In this document: piece by piece, positions 52,795 to 61,234 of the stretch
How positions within the stretch are numbered: the stretch's first letter is position 1
Layout of the letters: the number at the start of each line of letters is the position of its first letter
NCBI GenBank assembly: GCA_964565825.1
Contig: CAZMGK010000001.1
Location: forward strand, 2,052-66,051
Length of the DNA stretch: 64,000 bases
Source of the DNA: an uncultured Candidatus Saccharibacteria bacterium
GTDB lineage: Bacteria > Patescibacteriota > Minisyncoccia > Phycocordibacterales > UBA9973
Reading direction: 5' to 3'
Program-made: the position numbers and the translations under genes
The notes under the pieces: generated by a model
What the model was told of the DNA's origin: nothing
The model's database searches: none
What the model saw: only the letters and a program-made list of their open reading frames with translations

Positions 52795-53701
52795 GATATT
52801 TGTCTACGAGGAGTGTTATTGCTTTAGTAATAATGTCAGAAATATTGTCATATATTTTTAATTTTGAAACTTGGTCGAGGGTAAACCATTTTGCATCGTC
52901 GAGTCCACCTTCTGAAGTCAGTGTCATAGGAGTGTACTCACTCTTCCCGAGAAAGTACACAATTTGCCTGAGGCATTTACCATTAATTGGGTGATTTGCG
53001 ACATAGTCGATAGAACCAATTTCTTCTTCTATCTCAATATCAAGATTCATTTCTCCTTTGATAGCACGTGTGGCTGCACCTTCAGGATTTTCTCCTTCTT
53101 TTACACCACTACGTGATAATGTCCAGTATCCAAACACATCGTGAACAAGTCCAAGATGAATTTGGCCATCGACAAATGAATACACAACGGCACCGGCTTT
53201 TACTTCTCTCGGCAACGTCGCAGGATCGACAGGGGCTTCGTCACGCACTGGTTTCTTTTTTGAAATTTGATCTTTACCTGGTTCGCCCATTTCTCGGTAC
53301 ACGGCACCGAGTACACCGTTGACGAATTTACTTGAACTTTCCCCACCAAAAGATTTGGCGAGTTCAATAGCTTCATTGATTACAACTTTTGGAGGAACTT
53401 CTTCGTGATTACCGAACAGAAGCTCAGCAAGACCGAGACGGAGGATATTTCGATCGACAACATTGATCTTATCTATTGGCCATTCAGGAGCAGCCTTTTG
53501 GATGATTTCATCGATGATTTCTTTCTTACGAGTGATATTCTCGACAATCATTTCCATAAAAGGAACGTCATCAAGACCGGGTGCAAATTCGGCAATATTA
53601 CGCAAAAGAATATCCCCGATTTCTTGTTCTGGGTTACCTTTAAAATCCCACTCAAAAAGTGATTGAATAACTACAGATCTAGATAAGTGACGATTTGCCA
53701 T
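52784..53701 (-). CDS. nusB: Transcription antitermination factor NusB fused to a NUDIX-like domain
   Basis: DRNILR, PPKVVINEAIELAKSFG..S.KFVNGVLG; C-terminal AGAVV..GYWTL..G..EGE. Confidence 0.9.
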   Translation of the reverse strand: MANRHLSRSVVIQSLFEWDFKGNPEQEIGDILLRNIAEFAPGLDDVPFMEMIVENITRKKEIIDEIIQKAAPEWPIDKINVVDRNILRLGLAELLFGNHEEVPPKVVINEAIELAKSFGGESSSKFVNGVLGAVYREMGEPGKDQISKKKPVRDEAPVDPATLPREVKAGAVVYSFVDGQIHLGLVHDVFGYWTLSRSGVKEGENPEGAATRAIKGEMNLDIEIEEEIGSIDYVANHPINGKCLRQIVYFLGKSEYTPMTLTSEGGLDDAKWFTLDQVSKLKIYDNISDIITKAITLLVDKYHAS

Positions 53702-53762
53702 ATTCTTATTTTAGTAAAAGAACTAACTTATAATAAATAAATACACCCAAGAATTGGTGTAT

Positions 53763-53969
53763 TTACTTTGCTTTACTTTGACGTTTTTCAACTTTCTTCA
53801 CAACATCAAGCACTTTTTTGCCACGATACAGACCTGTTTTAAGGTCAGCGTGATGACGCAAGTGAGTTGCTCCAGTTTTCGCATCAGTGGTTACGTTTAT
53901 AGCCGTAAGTGCGTGATGTGAACGTCTATTTGCGGTGTGTGACCGCGTATGTCTCATTCGGATTACCAT
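53763..53969 (-). CDS. rpmF: 50S ribosomal protein L32 (Cys-free)
   Basis: RHTRSHTANRRSHHAL...LRHH...GLYRGK; upstream of nusB-rnc. Confidence 0.9.
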   Translation of the reverse strand: MVIRMRHTRSHTANRRSHHALTAINVTTDAKTGATHLRHHADLKTGLYRGKKVLDVVKKVEKRQSKAK

Positions 53970-54021
53970 AGAATATATATACCATATCTAGTTTAAATTT
54001 TCAAGTTTTTAGTGGATAGTG

Positions 54022-54062
54022 AATACAAGGAGCGGATGCCGTAGGCACTCGCTCCTTGTATT
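54022..54062. terminator. Hairpin (GTA loop), ATACA...TGTAT family
   Basis: aatacaaggagcggatgcc-gta-ggcactcgctccttgtatt. Confidence 0.7.
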
Positions 54063-54105
54063 ATTGCATTTCTCTATAATCTGAAATCTGTCAACTGTAA
54101 TCTGC

Positions 54106-55056
54106 CTAAATATATTTAAACTCATTAAACGCAGCTTCGTACATTCGAATTGCTTGATTTATCTCTCGCGGAGTAAATTGAATATTTGGTTCGTGGGCAA
54201 TCTGGTTTCGTACCCAGTGTGCCTTTCGAGCAAAGTCGACGTTCTTAAAAAATCCTGGATCAGCATTTTTAAGACGCTCACCAAGTGTGTTACCTTCAAA
54301 TCCTTGAATATACGTCATCATGTCCAAAATCACATCTGCTTCTATAATTGCAAGCCTCCAGTCGGATGGGTTGCTTGATGTTGCCAGTCGAAGTACTGAT
54401 TGCCATTGAAAATGACCTGGGTGATCTTCACCTATTTGGACACCACGGACTCCTGACTCACCAGGCAGTCTCTCTTTGAAAATGTGTGGTGGAGGTGGTG
54501 CAGTTTTTACATACGCATCAGTATTTCCTTCTTGGATGCTTTGTTTTTGCATTGTTTCAACACCAGGCATGTGATGATTGGCTTGTACATTTGGGGTTGC
54601 CTCCATATGCTGAGTGTCCACATGATGCGCTTCTGGCATCGCATCATAAACCTCATCTGCTTCTCTCTCTGTGGGCGCTACAGGTTTTTGAGGTTTTGGG
54701 GTGTGCTCTGTCTTGTGCTCCTGTACATGTACTGTATGATGCTCGCTCTCATGAGTGTGATCAGTATGGTGATACACATGATTTTCGTGTTCTTTTTCCA
54801 TTTCGAGAAGTTTGAAAAACAACCATGTTGCGAAGCCTGTCAACGCAACGGTGATAATTCCTGCTACAAAACGTAATTGCAAAAAAAGAGATGACTCAAA
54901 GATACCTAAAAATGAATCATTGAGAGCGAGAAAAAAATTAGTTGTTGCCCGAGGAAGTGCTAATACAACAAGCAACAATGCACCTACAATACAGGCAACG
55001 ACAACCCATATAACAGGGCCGATACCAGCATCTTCATCGTGTGCATCATGTGACAT
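54106..55056 (-). CDS. Hypothetical membrane protein with His-rich linker
   Basis: Two TM helices, His/Pro-rich spacer, WRLAIIEAD..G.TLGERLK..AH.VRN.IAH C-terminal domain. Confidence 0.75.
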   Translation of the reverse strand: MSHDAHDEDAGIGPVIWVVVACIVGALLLVVLALPRATTNFFLALNDSFLGIFESSLFLQLRFVAGIITVALTGFATWLFFKLLEMEKEHENHVYHHTDHTHESEHHTVHVQEHKTEHTPKPQKPVAPTEREADEVYDAMPEAHHVDTQHMEATPNVQANHHMPGVETMQKQSIQEGNTDAYVKTAPPPPHIFKERLPGESGVRGVQIGEDHPGHFQWQSVLRLATSSNPSDWRLAIIEADVILDMMTYIQGFEGNTLGERLKNADPGFFKNVDFARKAHWVRNQIAHEPNIQFTPREINQAIRMYEAAFNEFKYI

Positions 55057-55060
55057 ATAT

Positions 55061-56482
55061 CTATTTTAAAACATTTTCAATATCTTTACCAATAGTAAAA
55101 AGATTTTCTTCGTTAAAAGCTGGGCCGATCAACTGAATTCCAAACGGAAGTCCTTTCGTATCCATACCAAGGGGAATAGAAATAGCAGGATCTCCAGTAA
55201 TATCTGCGGGCACAACAAAAATATCTTCCAAATACATAGACACAGGGTCGCCTGATTTTTCACCAAAGGTAAATGCAGTACCTGCAGTTGTCGGTGTCAC
55301 GATAGCATCGACAGTTTCATATACTGCGTTGAGTTCTTTTTTGATTTGTTCTTTCATAAGAAGCGCCTTACCGTAGTAAGCATCATAGTATCCGTGAGAG
55401 AGTACATAGGTTCCAAGGAGAATTCTTCGGCGAACTTCTTTTCCAAAACCAGTACCACGAGTTTTACTATATACATCAAGGAGTGATGGGTGTTCTTCAC
55501 TGTATCCATAGCGAATACCATCAAAACGAGCGAGGTTGGATGATGCTTCTGCTGGTTGGATAATATAGTACACAGGAAGCGAATAAGAAATGTAATCAAG
55601 ATTAATCGGTACAATTTCATATCCTTCATTTTTAAGCATTTCTATTGTTTGTTTAAATTTCTCCAATACTTCAGCCTGTACTCCCCCACTTTCAAAAAAG
55701 TGATACGGTACACCGATTTTTTTCTTGAGATCTTTTTTGTAGGTTGTACGCATATCAATAGGAACAGAAGTACTATCGTGTGTGTCGTATGTCGCGAGAA
55801 GATTGAAAGCAATTTCTGCATCAGTCACAGTCTTGGTCATTGGACCGATCTGATCAAGTGAACTCGCAAGCGCAACAAGTCCAAAACGAGACATGGTCCC
55901 ATATGTTGGTTTGAGCCCAACAAGATTACAATATGATGCTGGCTGACGAATAGATCCACCAGTGTCAGAACCAAGCGACAGAAGTGCTCCATCCATTGCC
56001 ATAGCTGCTGCTGGCCCACCTGATGAACCCCCAGGAACACGAGTAACGTCGTATGGGTTTTTTGTGTTGCCAAAATAGCTCGTTTCAGTCGAAGATCCCA
56101 TAGCAAATTCATCCATGTTCGTACGGCCAATAATCACTGCACCTTGTTTTTTGAGATCTGATACAAGCGTACTATCGTATGTACCAACATAATTTTCGAG
56201 TATCTTTGACCCACACGCTGACACGTGTCCAGTGTAGAGCATATTGTCTTTGATCGCTGTAGGTATTCCAGTAAGAGGTGTTGCAATACCATCATCTATC
56301 ATTTTTTGCGCAGTCGCGATTTGCGCATCGAGGTCTGAAAATATCTCCACATATGCGTTAATCTCACTATTTCGTGCACGAGCTTGAGTCACATACATAT
56401 CAACAAGTGCGCGGACCGTGAGCTCTTTATTGACGAGGAGTGCGTGAGCACTCTCTATTGTTAGATCTTTCAGATTAATCAT
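55061..56482 (-). CDS. gatA: Glu/Asp-tRNA amidotransferase subunit A
   Basis: IKDN, NMDEFAMGSS, PGGSSGG, GSDTGGSIRQPA, SNLARFDGIRYG. Confidence 0.97.
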   Translation of the reverse strand: MINLKDLTIESAHALLVNKELTVRALVDMYVTQARARNSEINAYVEIFSDLDAQIATAQKMIDDGIATPLTGIPTAIKDNMLYTGHVSACGSKILENYVGTYDSTLVSDLKKQGAVIIGRTNMDEFAMGSSTETSYFGNTKNPYDVTRVPGGSSGGPAAAMAMDGALLSLGSDTGGSIRQPASYCNLVGLKPTYGTMSRFGLVALASSLDQIGPMTKTVTDAEIAFNLLATYDTHDSTSVPIDMRTTYKKDLKKKIGVPYHFFESGGVQAEVLEKFKQTIEMLKNEGYEIVPINLDYISYSLPVYYIIQPAEASSNLARFDGIRYGYSEEHPSLLDVYSKTRGTGFGKEVRRRILLGTYVLSHGYYDAYYGKALLMKEQIKKELNAVYETVDAIVTPTTAGTAFTFGEKSGDPVSMYLEDIFVVPADITGDPAISIPLGMDTKGLPFGIQLIGPAFNEENLFTIGKDIENVLK

Positions 56483-56762
56483 TGTTGATAATTTTATTTA
56501 CTTCTAAATAGCCATTTTTTTCTTTCGGGAAATTTGCTTTGATGCGAGATTGCGTATCAAAATTACTATCATGTGCAACATCTTCTCGGGTAACATTTTG
56601 CACAACAGGTGTTACTTTTTCACCAGTTTCAATGTGCGCATTTTCTATTTGTTTAATATAGCCCAAAATAGTATTCATATCATTGGACAATGCCCCTGCT
56701 TCTTCGTCTGTGACAGAAAGCCGTGCAAGCCCTGCGAGTTTTTGTATGTCTTCGGTGGTCAT
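56475..56762 (-). CDS. gatC: Glu/Asp-tRNA amidotransferase subunit C
   Basis: LAGLARL, ILGY, NVTRED; overlaps the gatA start. Confidence 0.92.
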   Translation of the reverse strand: MTTEDIQKLAGLARLSVTDEEAGALSNDMNTILGYIKQIENAHIETGEKVTPVVQNVTREDVAHDSNFDTQSRIKANFPKEKNGYLEVNKIINND

Positions 56763-56879
56763 CCCGTTAGAAGTAGGAAATCAAAGATTTCCGTCCTTAA
56801 TTAGCTGGTAATAAAATAATAAACTTTTGTGCATGATGTACCCGTTATATACTAGTAACCTATCTGACTTCTAACGGGA
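56763..56879 (-). mobile_element. Family-A palindromic element at the gatC start codon with perfect 5-bp ATGAC duplication
   Basis: Minus strand: ATGAC-TCCCGTTAGAAGT...CTAATTAAGGACGGAAATCTTTGATTTCCTACTTCTAACGGG-ATGAC. Confidence 0.85.
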
Positions 56880-56924
56880 GTCATATCAATAATCTACCAC
56901 AAAATAGACAATATAAAAAACCGC

Positions 56925-57980
56925 TTATGAGGCGGTTTGATATTTCATTAATTCAGTTTCTATTGATTCCCTCACTTCATCCATGAGTGTATCCGGAGTT
57001 TTAAAATTTCCATCAGTGTCTTTAACAGAAATCTTAGGCTGGTACACTATGGTAATTTTTGTCGGCGAAATCCACCATTTTAATTCGTACCATTTTTTCT
57101 GTTCTGGGTGACCTTTAATCGGTTCTTTATATATATCCGATCCATCAATTGCAACAGGAACAATATCTCGATTATTTCGAATAGCCATAAAAAAAGCACC
57201 TACTGGGGTTTGTTCTTTGGGAACGAGTAATGACTCAACCCATGGACGCTTGCGTGTTCCTTCAAAAAAAATGACAATAGAATATCCTTTTTTAATAAAC
57301 TCCCCTGCCTTCATAACCACTTTATTCAATGGCATTAAAACAAAAAAACTCTTTAAATACGTATACACAGTGTTGAGAAATTTATTTTTTAATGGTTTCT
57401 CTCTTTCAATAAAAATACATGAAATTCGAGCAAATAAGCTGATTGGGAAAAACTTAATAAGATTATCTCCGGCAACCACTTGCCACAATGTAGTACGCGC
57501 AAATAAATTTGCTAATAGATAATCAAATGAGCCTCTGTGATTCGGGGCAAAGATACATGGTTCTTTCGGCCTTTCTCCTTTCTCGATAATTTGGGCTCCA
57601 AGTAAAAAACACGAAGTTATAGAGAAAAATCTTAAAATCCTGAAGGCAAATTTTCTTGTATAGCTGAACCTATTGAGGATAAACATAACAGGTAAAGTAA
57701 TGCATGAATTTACTAATACAAACAAGACGAAATTAAAAGCAATAATGATAGTCAAAATTTTATTAACCATGATATCAAGTTCTTCGTCAAGAAATGTGAC
57801 ACGGATTTTTAATGAGGCAAGAAAACCAATACAGAGTATGACCAGACACGTATGAAAACGCCACGTGATACTGTCCGTATAGAAGATGTAGAAAAAGCAG
57901 AATACAGGTATACAGACGAGGATAACTGAAGTCAGTAAAAGAAAAAACTCTTTTACTCTATTTCTTAAGAATTTTTTCAT
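56925..57980 (-). CDS. PlsC-like lysophospholipid acyltransferase
   Basis: NHRGSFD (HX4D), FFEGTR, IVPVAI; N-terminal TM helices. Confidence 0.85.
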   Translation of the reverse strand: MKKFLRNRVKEFFLLLTSVILVCIPVFCFFYIFYTDSITWRFHTCLVILCIGFLASLKIRVTFLDEELDIMVNKILTIIIAFNFVLFVLVNSCITLPVMFILNRFSYTRKFAFRILRFFSITSCFLLGAQIIEKGERPKEPCIFAPNHRGSFDYLLANLFARTTLWQVVAGDNLIKFFPISLFARISCIFIEREKPLKNKFLNTVYTYLKSFFVLMPLNKVVMKAGEFIKKGYSIVIFFEGTRKRPWVESLLVPKEQTPVGAFFMAIRNNRDIVPVAIDGSDIYKEPIKGHPEQKKWYELKWWISPTKITIVYQPKISVKDTDGNFKTPDTLMDEVRESIETELMKYQTAS

Positions 57981-58036
57981 TTGTAAAATAATTTTGTTTG
58001 TACTTACTGTACACTAAAATGGGAAAAAGTCCAGAC

Positions 58037-58114
58037 ATACAAAGAGGCGCACCCTTCGGGTGCGCCTCTTTGTATATCCTCCCTCTCCTGGACAGGAGAG
58101 GGTTGGGGTGAGGT
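58037..58114. repeat. ATACA...TGTAT hairpin (58037-58075) followed by a CCCTCTCC..GGAGAGGG..GGGGTGAGG REP-like unit (58079-58114)
   Basis: Direct reading; the second unit matches 63435-63470 at 31/36 nt. Confidence 0.75.
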
Positions 58115-58117
58115 TGT

Positions 58118-58798
58118 TTATTTTTTTAATTTCTTTACAACCTTCTTAACAACCTTTGTTGCGGCTTTCTTTGCAACTTTGATATCTTTAACGATTTCTT
58201 TTTTTGCAACGACAGCTTTTTTAGTAACTGCTTTTTGTATTTTTTGTACGTCTTTCTTGATTTCTTTTGCAACAACAGGAGCACCTGCGACAGCAACGTT
58301 TCGAACAGCATTTTTCAATTCTGAAAAATCTCGCATTATTGTATCAAACTTAACATTGAGGGCATCCATTTGTTTCTTGAGAACTTCAGAACCATCGGCC
58401 TTTGGAGCAGATGAAAAAGCTGGTCTATCATCTCTTCTTTGGGCTCCGCGGTCATTTCTAGGTGAGAATGATCCTCGGTCACCTCCACGATCTCCGTCAC
58501 GTCCACCAAATGATGGTCGGTTATCGAAATCACGGTTTTTTGCAAAACAGTCATTACAGTACACAGGTTTGCCTGTTGTTGGGCGAAATGGTACTTCACA
58601 AGATTTGTGACATGAATCACAGACAGCTTTAAAACTCTCTGTACTTCGTTCTTCGCGACGTCCACCGTCTCGTCCACCAAAAGATGGTCGTCCTCCACGG
58701 TCGCCACCACCAAAACTTTTACCTCCTCGTGATCCACCAAAAGATGGCTTCCCTCCAAAACTTTTTCCACTACTTCTTCCTTTGTCAAAATTTCCCAT
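58118..58798 (-). CDS. CxxC-x17-CxxC zinc-ribbon protein with RGG-rich regions and Lys/Ala-rich tail
   Basis: CDSCHKSCEVPFRPTTGKPVYCNDCF. Confidence 0.85.
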   Translation of the reverse strand: MGNFDKGRSSGKSFGGKPSFGGSRGGKSFGGGDRGGRPSFGGRDGGRREERSTESFKAVCDSCHKSCEVPFRPTTGKPVYCNDCFAKNRDFDNRPSFGGRDGDRGGDRGSFSPRNDRGAQRRDDRPAFSSAPKADGSEVLKKQMDALNVKFDTIMRDFSELKNAVRNVAVAGAPVVAKEIKKDVQKIQKAVTKKAVVAKKEIVKDIKVAKKAATKVVKKVVKKLKK

Positions 58799-58867
58799 AT
58801 ATTAGTTATTTATTATTATTTATTAATCTTGACTTACTATACCTTTTTATTGCATAAATAGCAAGCC

Positions 58868-59416
58868 CTAATTTTTCAAAAAATCTTCATCAAAATCAAA
58901 CTCATGTATTGAGCTATTTTGAATCACTTCATAAACTTCATTGTTAATAACATTGTGAAGCAAACGAATAATCCCTCCCGAAGTAATCACTAAAATTTTC
59001 TCATTTGGTTTCTCTCTACATATCTCTTTAATAAAAGAAAAAACCCTTACTTTTACATCGTCAACACTTTCACCGTCGTACGGTCGATAATCGTACGTTT
59101 GAAGTTTGTCTTTTTCTCTTATCATTGGGTCGAGGTCAAGTATTAGTGTACCTTCAAGTGAACCAAAATTTCTTTCACGCAATCGAGTATCGTAACAGAT
59201 TGACAAGTTGAGTTTCTTGTTTAAAATTTCTGTTGTTTGTTTATAGCGAACAAGGTCTGCTGAATATATATACGTAAAATCAGATTGTATTTCTAGCGCC
59301 AGCTTTTGGGTATAAACGACACCCTCCTCTGAAAGAGGAGTATTGGCCCAACCAGTAGCACGCCCAGCTTTATTATATTCAGTTTGCCCATGTCGTATAA
59401 AAGCTATTTTCATCAA
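58868..59416 (-). CDS. Histidine phosphatase family protein
   Basis: RHGQT..N, LRERNFG, GES; the second catalytic His position reads TSGG. Confidence 0.85.
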   Translation of the reverse strand: MMKIAFIRHGQTEYNKAGRATGWANTPLSEEGVVYTQKLALEIQSDFTYIYSADLVRYKQTTEILNKKLNLSICYDTRLRERNFGSLEGTLILDLDPMIREKDKLQTYDYRPYDGESVDDVKVRVFSFIKEICREKPNEKILVITSGGIIRLLHNVINNEVYEVIQNSSIHEFDFDEDFLKN

Positions 59417-59502
59417 TGACTCAAGTATACTTAATATTTCTATAATTCCAAATAAAAAATGGCCTCGTGTTTGAGACCATTTTATTTTTAATTACTTTTC
59501 AT

Positions 59503-60603
59503 TTATGACTTTAGTCCAACATGGAAATTTACTGATTCTGAATTTCCATGAACTGGAACTTCAACAGAAGAAGTGACGGTTAATTCTCCAAGTTTAGTAC
59601 CAACAAAGTGAGCAGCCAAACGAACATGTTGGTCTTTACCTTCAAGTAAAAACTTTTTTTGATTTACATATTTTTGGTAAATTACATTTTCATCGGGCGC
59701 GTTACCGTTAAAGAATACCCCTTTTGCTCCAGACGACAATACTTTTTTGACAACAAACCTTTCAGACGTGGGTTTTATTATATATGTCGGCGGAATATAC
59801 ATTTGAAGCAAGCATATATCCTCATCACTTAAAAAAGCGCGGAGGACTTTTAGCATCATAGGCTCGTACAAAAACGACAGTACGGCTTTATTTCCCATCC
59901 AATGTTTTGGTGGAATCAAAAACCGCTTAGGAGTACTCATAAAAGTATCAACCAGCATTTGATTTAACTCGCGACCATCAACGGAAGGGCAGTCCATAAA
60001 ACAACATGAGGTATTTTCTACGCGTTTTATTATTTCAGATTCTTCTGTTTCAGTGAGGACTGAAACCAATTTACCAGTATACTCGCTTAACTTTTCAGCA
60101 AAATACTCCTGCTCTTTTTGAAAGAACTCGTCTTTTCTTGAAATGAGAACAACCAATTCTTGGTAGTCGTTCAGTTGTTCAGCAAATAACGTGAGAATTT
60201 TCTGACTTTCACCATGACCATTTTCATTCCTGCATAAAAGAGCAAATCCTAAACCATGTTTATTCATTGGATCTATCTCAGCAATTTTCAATTCACCAGT
60301 GTTGTCTATCATAAAGTCAACGCGGGTAATTAAAGAATTTCTTTGCGGGTGAATCGCTATGATTTTTTTATGCTCAGCATCTAACCCTCTTAAGAAGATA
60401 TCTCGAACCAAATCAAATGGTTTGACTAGCTTAAGGTGAGTATTCATGGCAGTATGTAGTATTGCTTGCATTGCACGCATTAGCCTGTTAACTGATTGTC
60501 CAATCGTACTCACTTTTTGCACATCACCTAATTCAAGTAAAAATAACTCTTCACTCAAATTAAAATGCTGATCATTCGGTACTATGAAATTTAATTTTTT
60601 CAT
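59503..60603 (-). CDS. Circularly permuted ATP-grasp (glutathionylspermidine-synthase-like) ligase
   Basis: RVDF...KIAEID near the N-terminus, then NKAVL..L, IPPT, VVKKVLSSGAKGV, QKYV in the CP-ATP-grasp order. Confidence 0.72.
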   Translation of the reverse strand: MKKLNFIVPNDQHFNLSEELFLLELGDVQKVSTIGQSVNRLMRAMQAILHTAMNTHLKLVKPFDLVRDIFLRGLDAEHKKIIAIHPQRNSLITRVDFMIDNTGELKIAEIDPMNKHGLGFALLCRNENGHGESQKILTLFAEQLNDYQELVVLISRKDEFFQKEQEYFAEKLSEYTGKLVSVLTETEESEIIKRVENTSCCFMDCPSVDGRELNQMLVDTFMSTPKRFLIPPKHWMGNKAVLSFLYEPMMLKVLRAFLSDEDICLLQMYIPPTYIIKPTSERFVVKKVLSSGAKGVFFNGNAPDENVIYQKYVNQKKFLLEGKDQHVRLAAHFVGTKLGELTVTSSVEVPVHGNSESVNFHVGLKS

Positions 60604-60664
60604 TTTGTCATTTTGCCACCTACTTTACTCAGTGGTCTTTTTTAGTTTTATTAAATTGTTAAAG

Positions 60665-60694
60665 AAAAAACGACTTACAATAATTTGTAAGTCG
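60665..60694 (-). terminator. Attenuator terminator hairpin (3:4)
   Basis: Minus strand CGACTTACAA-ATTA-TTGTAAGTCG-TTTTTT, upstream of the ATP-grasp start. Confidence 0.85.
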
Positions 60695-60724
60695 GGTGTT
60701 TGATTCAAGTTTGAGAGTTGTGTC

Positions 60725-60853
60725 TTAGGAAATCTGGAGAAAATTAAGGGATGAAGCGCCAGAAGCATACTCAAATGAAATACTCGGCTTACAAAGTCTC
60801 GTACTCCACCAACCTCTTGATATTTGATTGAATTGAATATACATCTGTTTCAT
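60725..60853 (-). CDS. Trp leader peptide (42 aa, tandem Trp at codons 15-16)
   Basis: MKQMYIQFNQISRGWWSTRLCKPSISFEYASGASSLNFLQIS*; TGG TGG at 60811-60806. Confidence 0.8.
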   Translation of the reverse strand: MKQMYIQFNQISRGWWSTRLCKPSISFEYASGASSLNFLQIS

Positions 60854-60854
60854 A

Positions 60855-60889
60855 TGTACTAGTGTACTAGTACAGTGAATATTTTACAA
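60855..60889 (-). promoter_or_regulatory. Promoter TTGTAA-N17-TACACT overlapped by a TrpR-type operator
   Basis: Palindrome tGTACTAGT-GT-ACTAGTACa (60855-60874) vs symmetric TrpR consensus GTACTAGTTAACTAGTAC; covers the -10 box (60866-60861). Confidence 0.85.
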
Positions 60890-60937
60890 GTACCGTGCAT
60901 ATACATCTGTGGAAAACTATTTCTGGGTATTACTTTA

Positions 60938-61231
60938 TTAAGATTTGCTCATCCTTTTAAGAATTTGCTTAAAGCCTCCTTTTGGATCCTTGAGCTCGAG
61001 TGACCCGCGGTTAACAGTTGCTACACCAATACCGAGCTTTACCGCGATATCACGATGCTTCATCCCCTTTTCGAGCAGTTCGATTATTTGAAGACGAGTG
61101 TGGACTTCTTTGTATTCAGTTGGTGTAAATAAATCGATGATGAATTCATCAAACAATGCTCGATCTTTAATAGCGATACGCAAGGCTTTATACAAACTGT
61201 CTTTGTCATTTTGTGATACGTATTTTCTCAT
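60938..61231 (-). CDS. trpR: Trp repressor (TrpR/YerC family)
   Basis: LFTPTE...RLQI..LL..G..HRDIA.KLGIGVATVNRGS.EL. Confidence 0.88.
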   Translation of the reverse strand: MRKYVSQNDKDSLYKALRIAIKDRALFDEFIIDLFTPTEYKEVHTRLQIIELLEKGMKHRDIAVKLGIGVATVNRGSLELKDPKGGFKQILKRMSKS

Positions 61232-61234
61232 ATA

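Noticed and set aside
56849-56858. ACTAGT inside the gatC element as a second TrpR operator
   Set aside because: Single half-site only.
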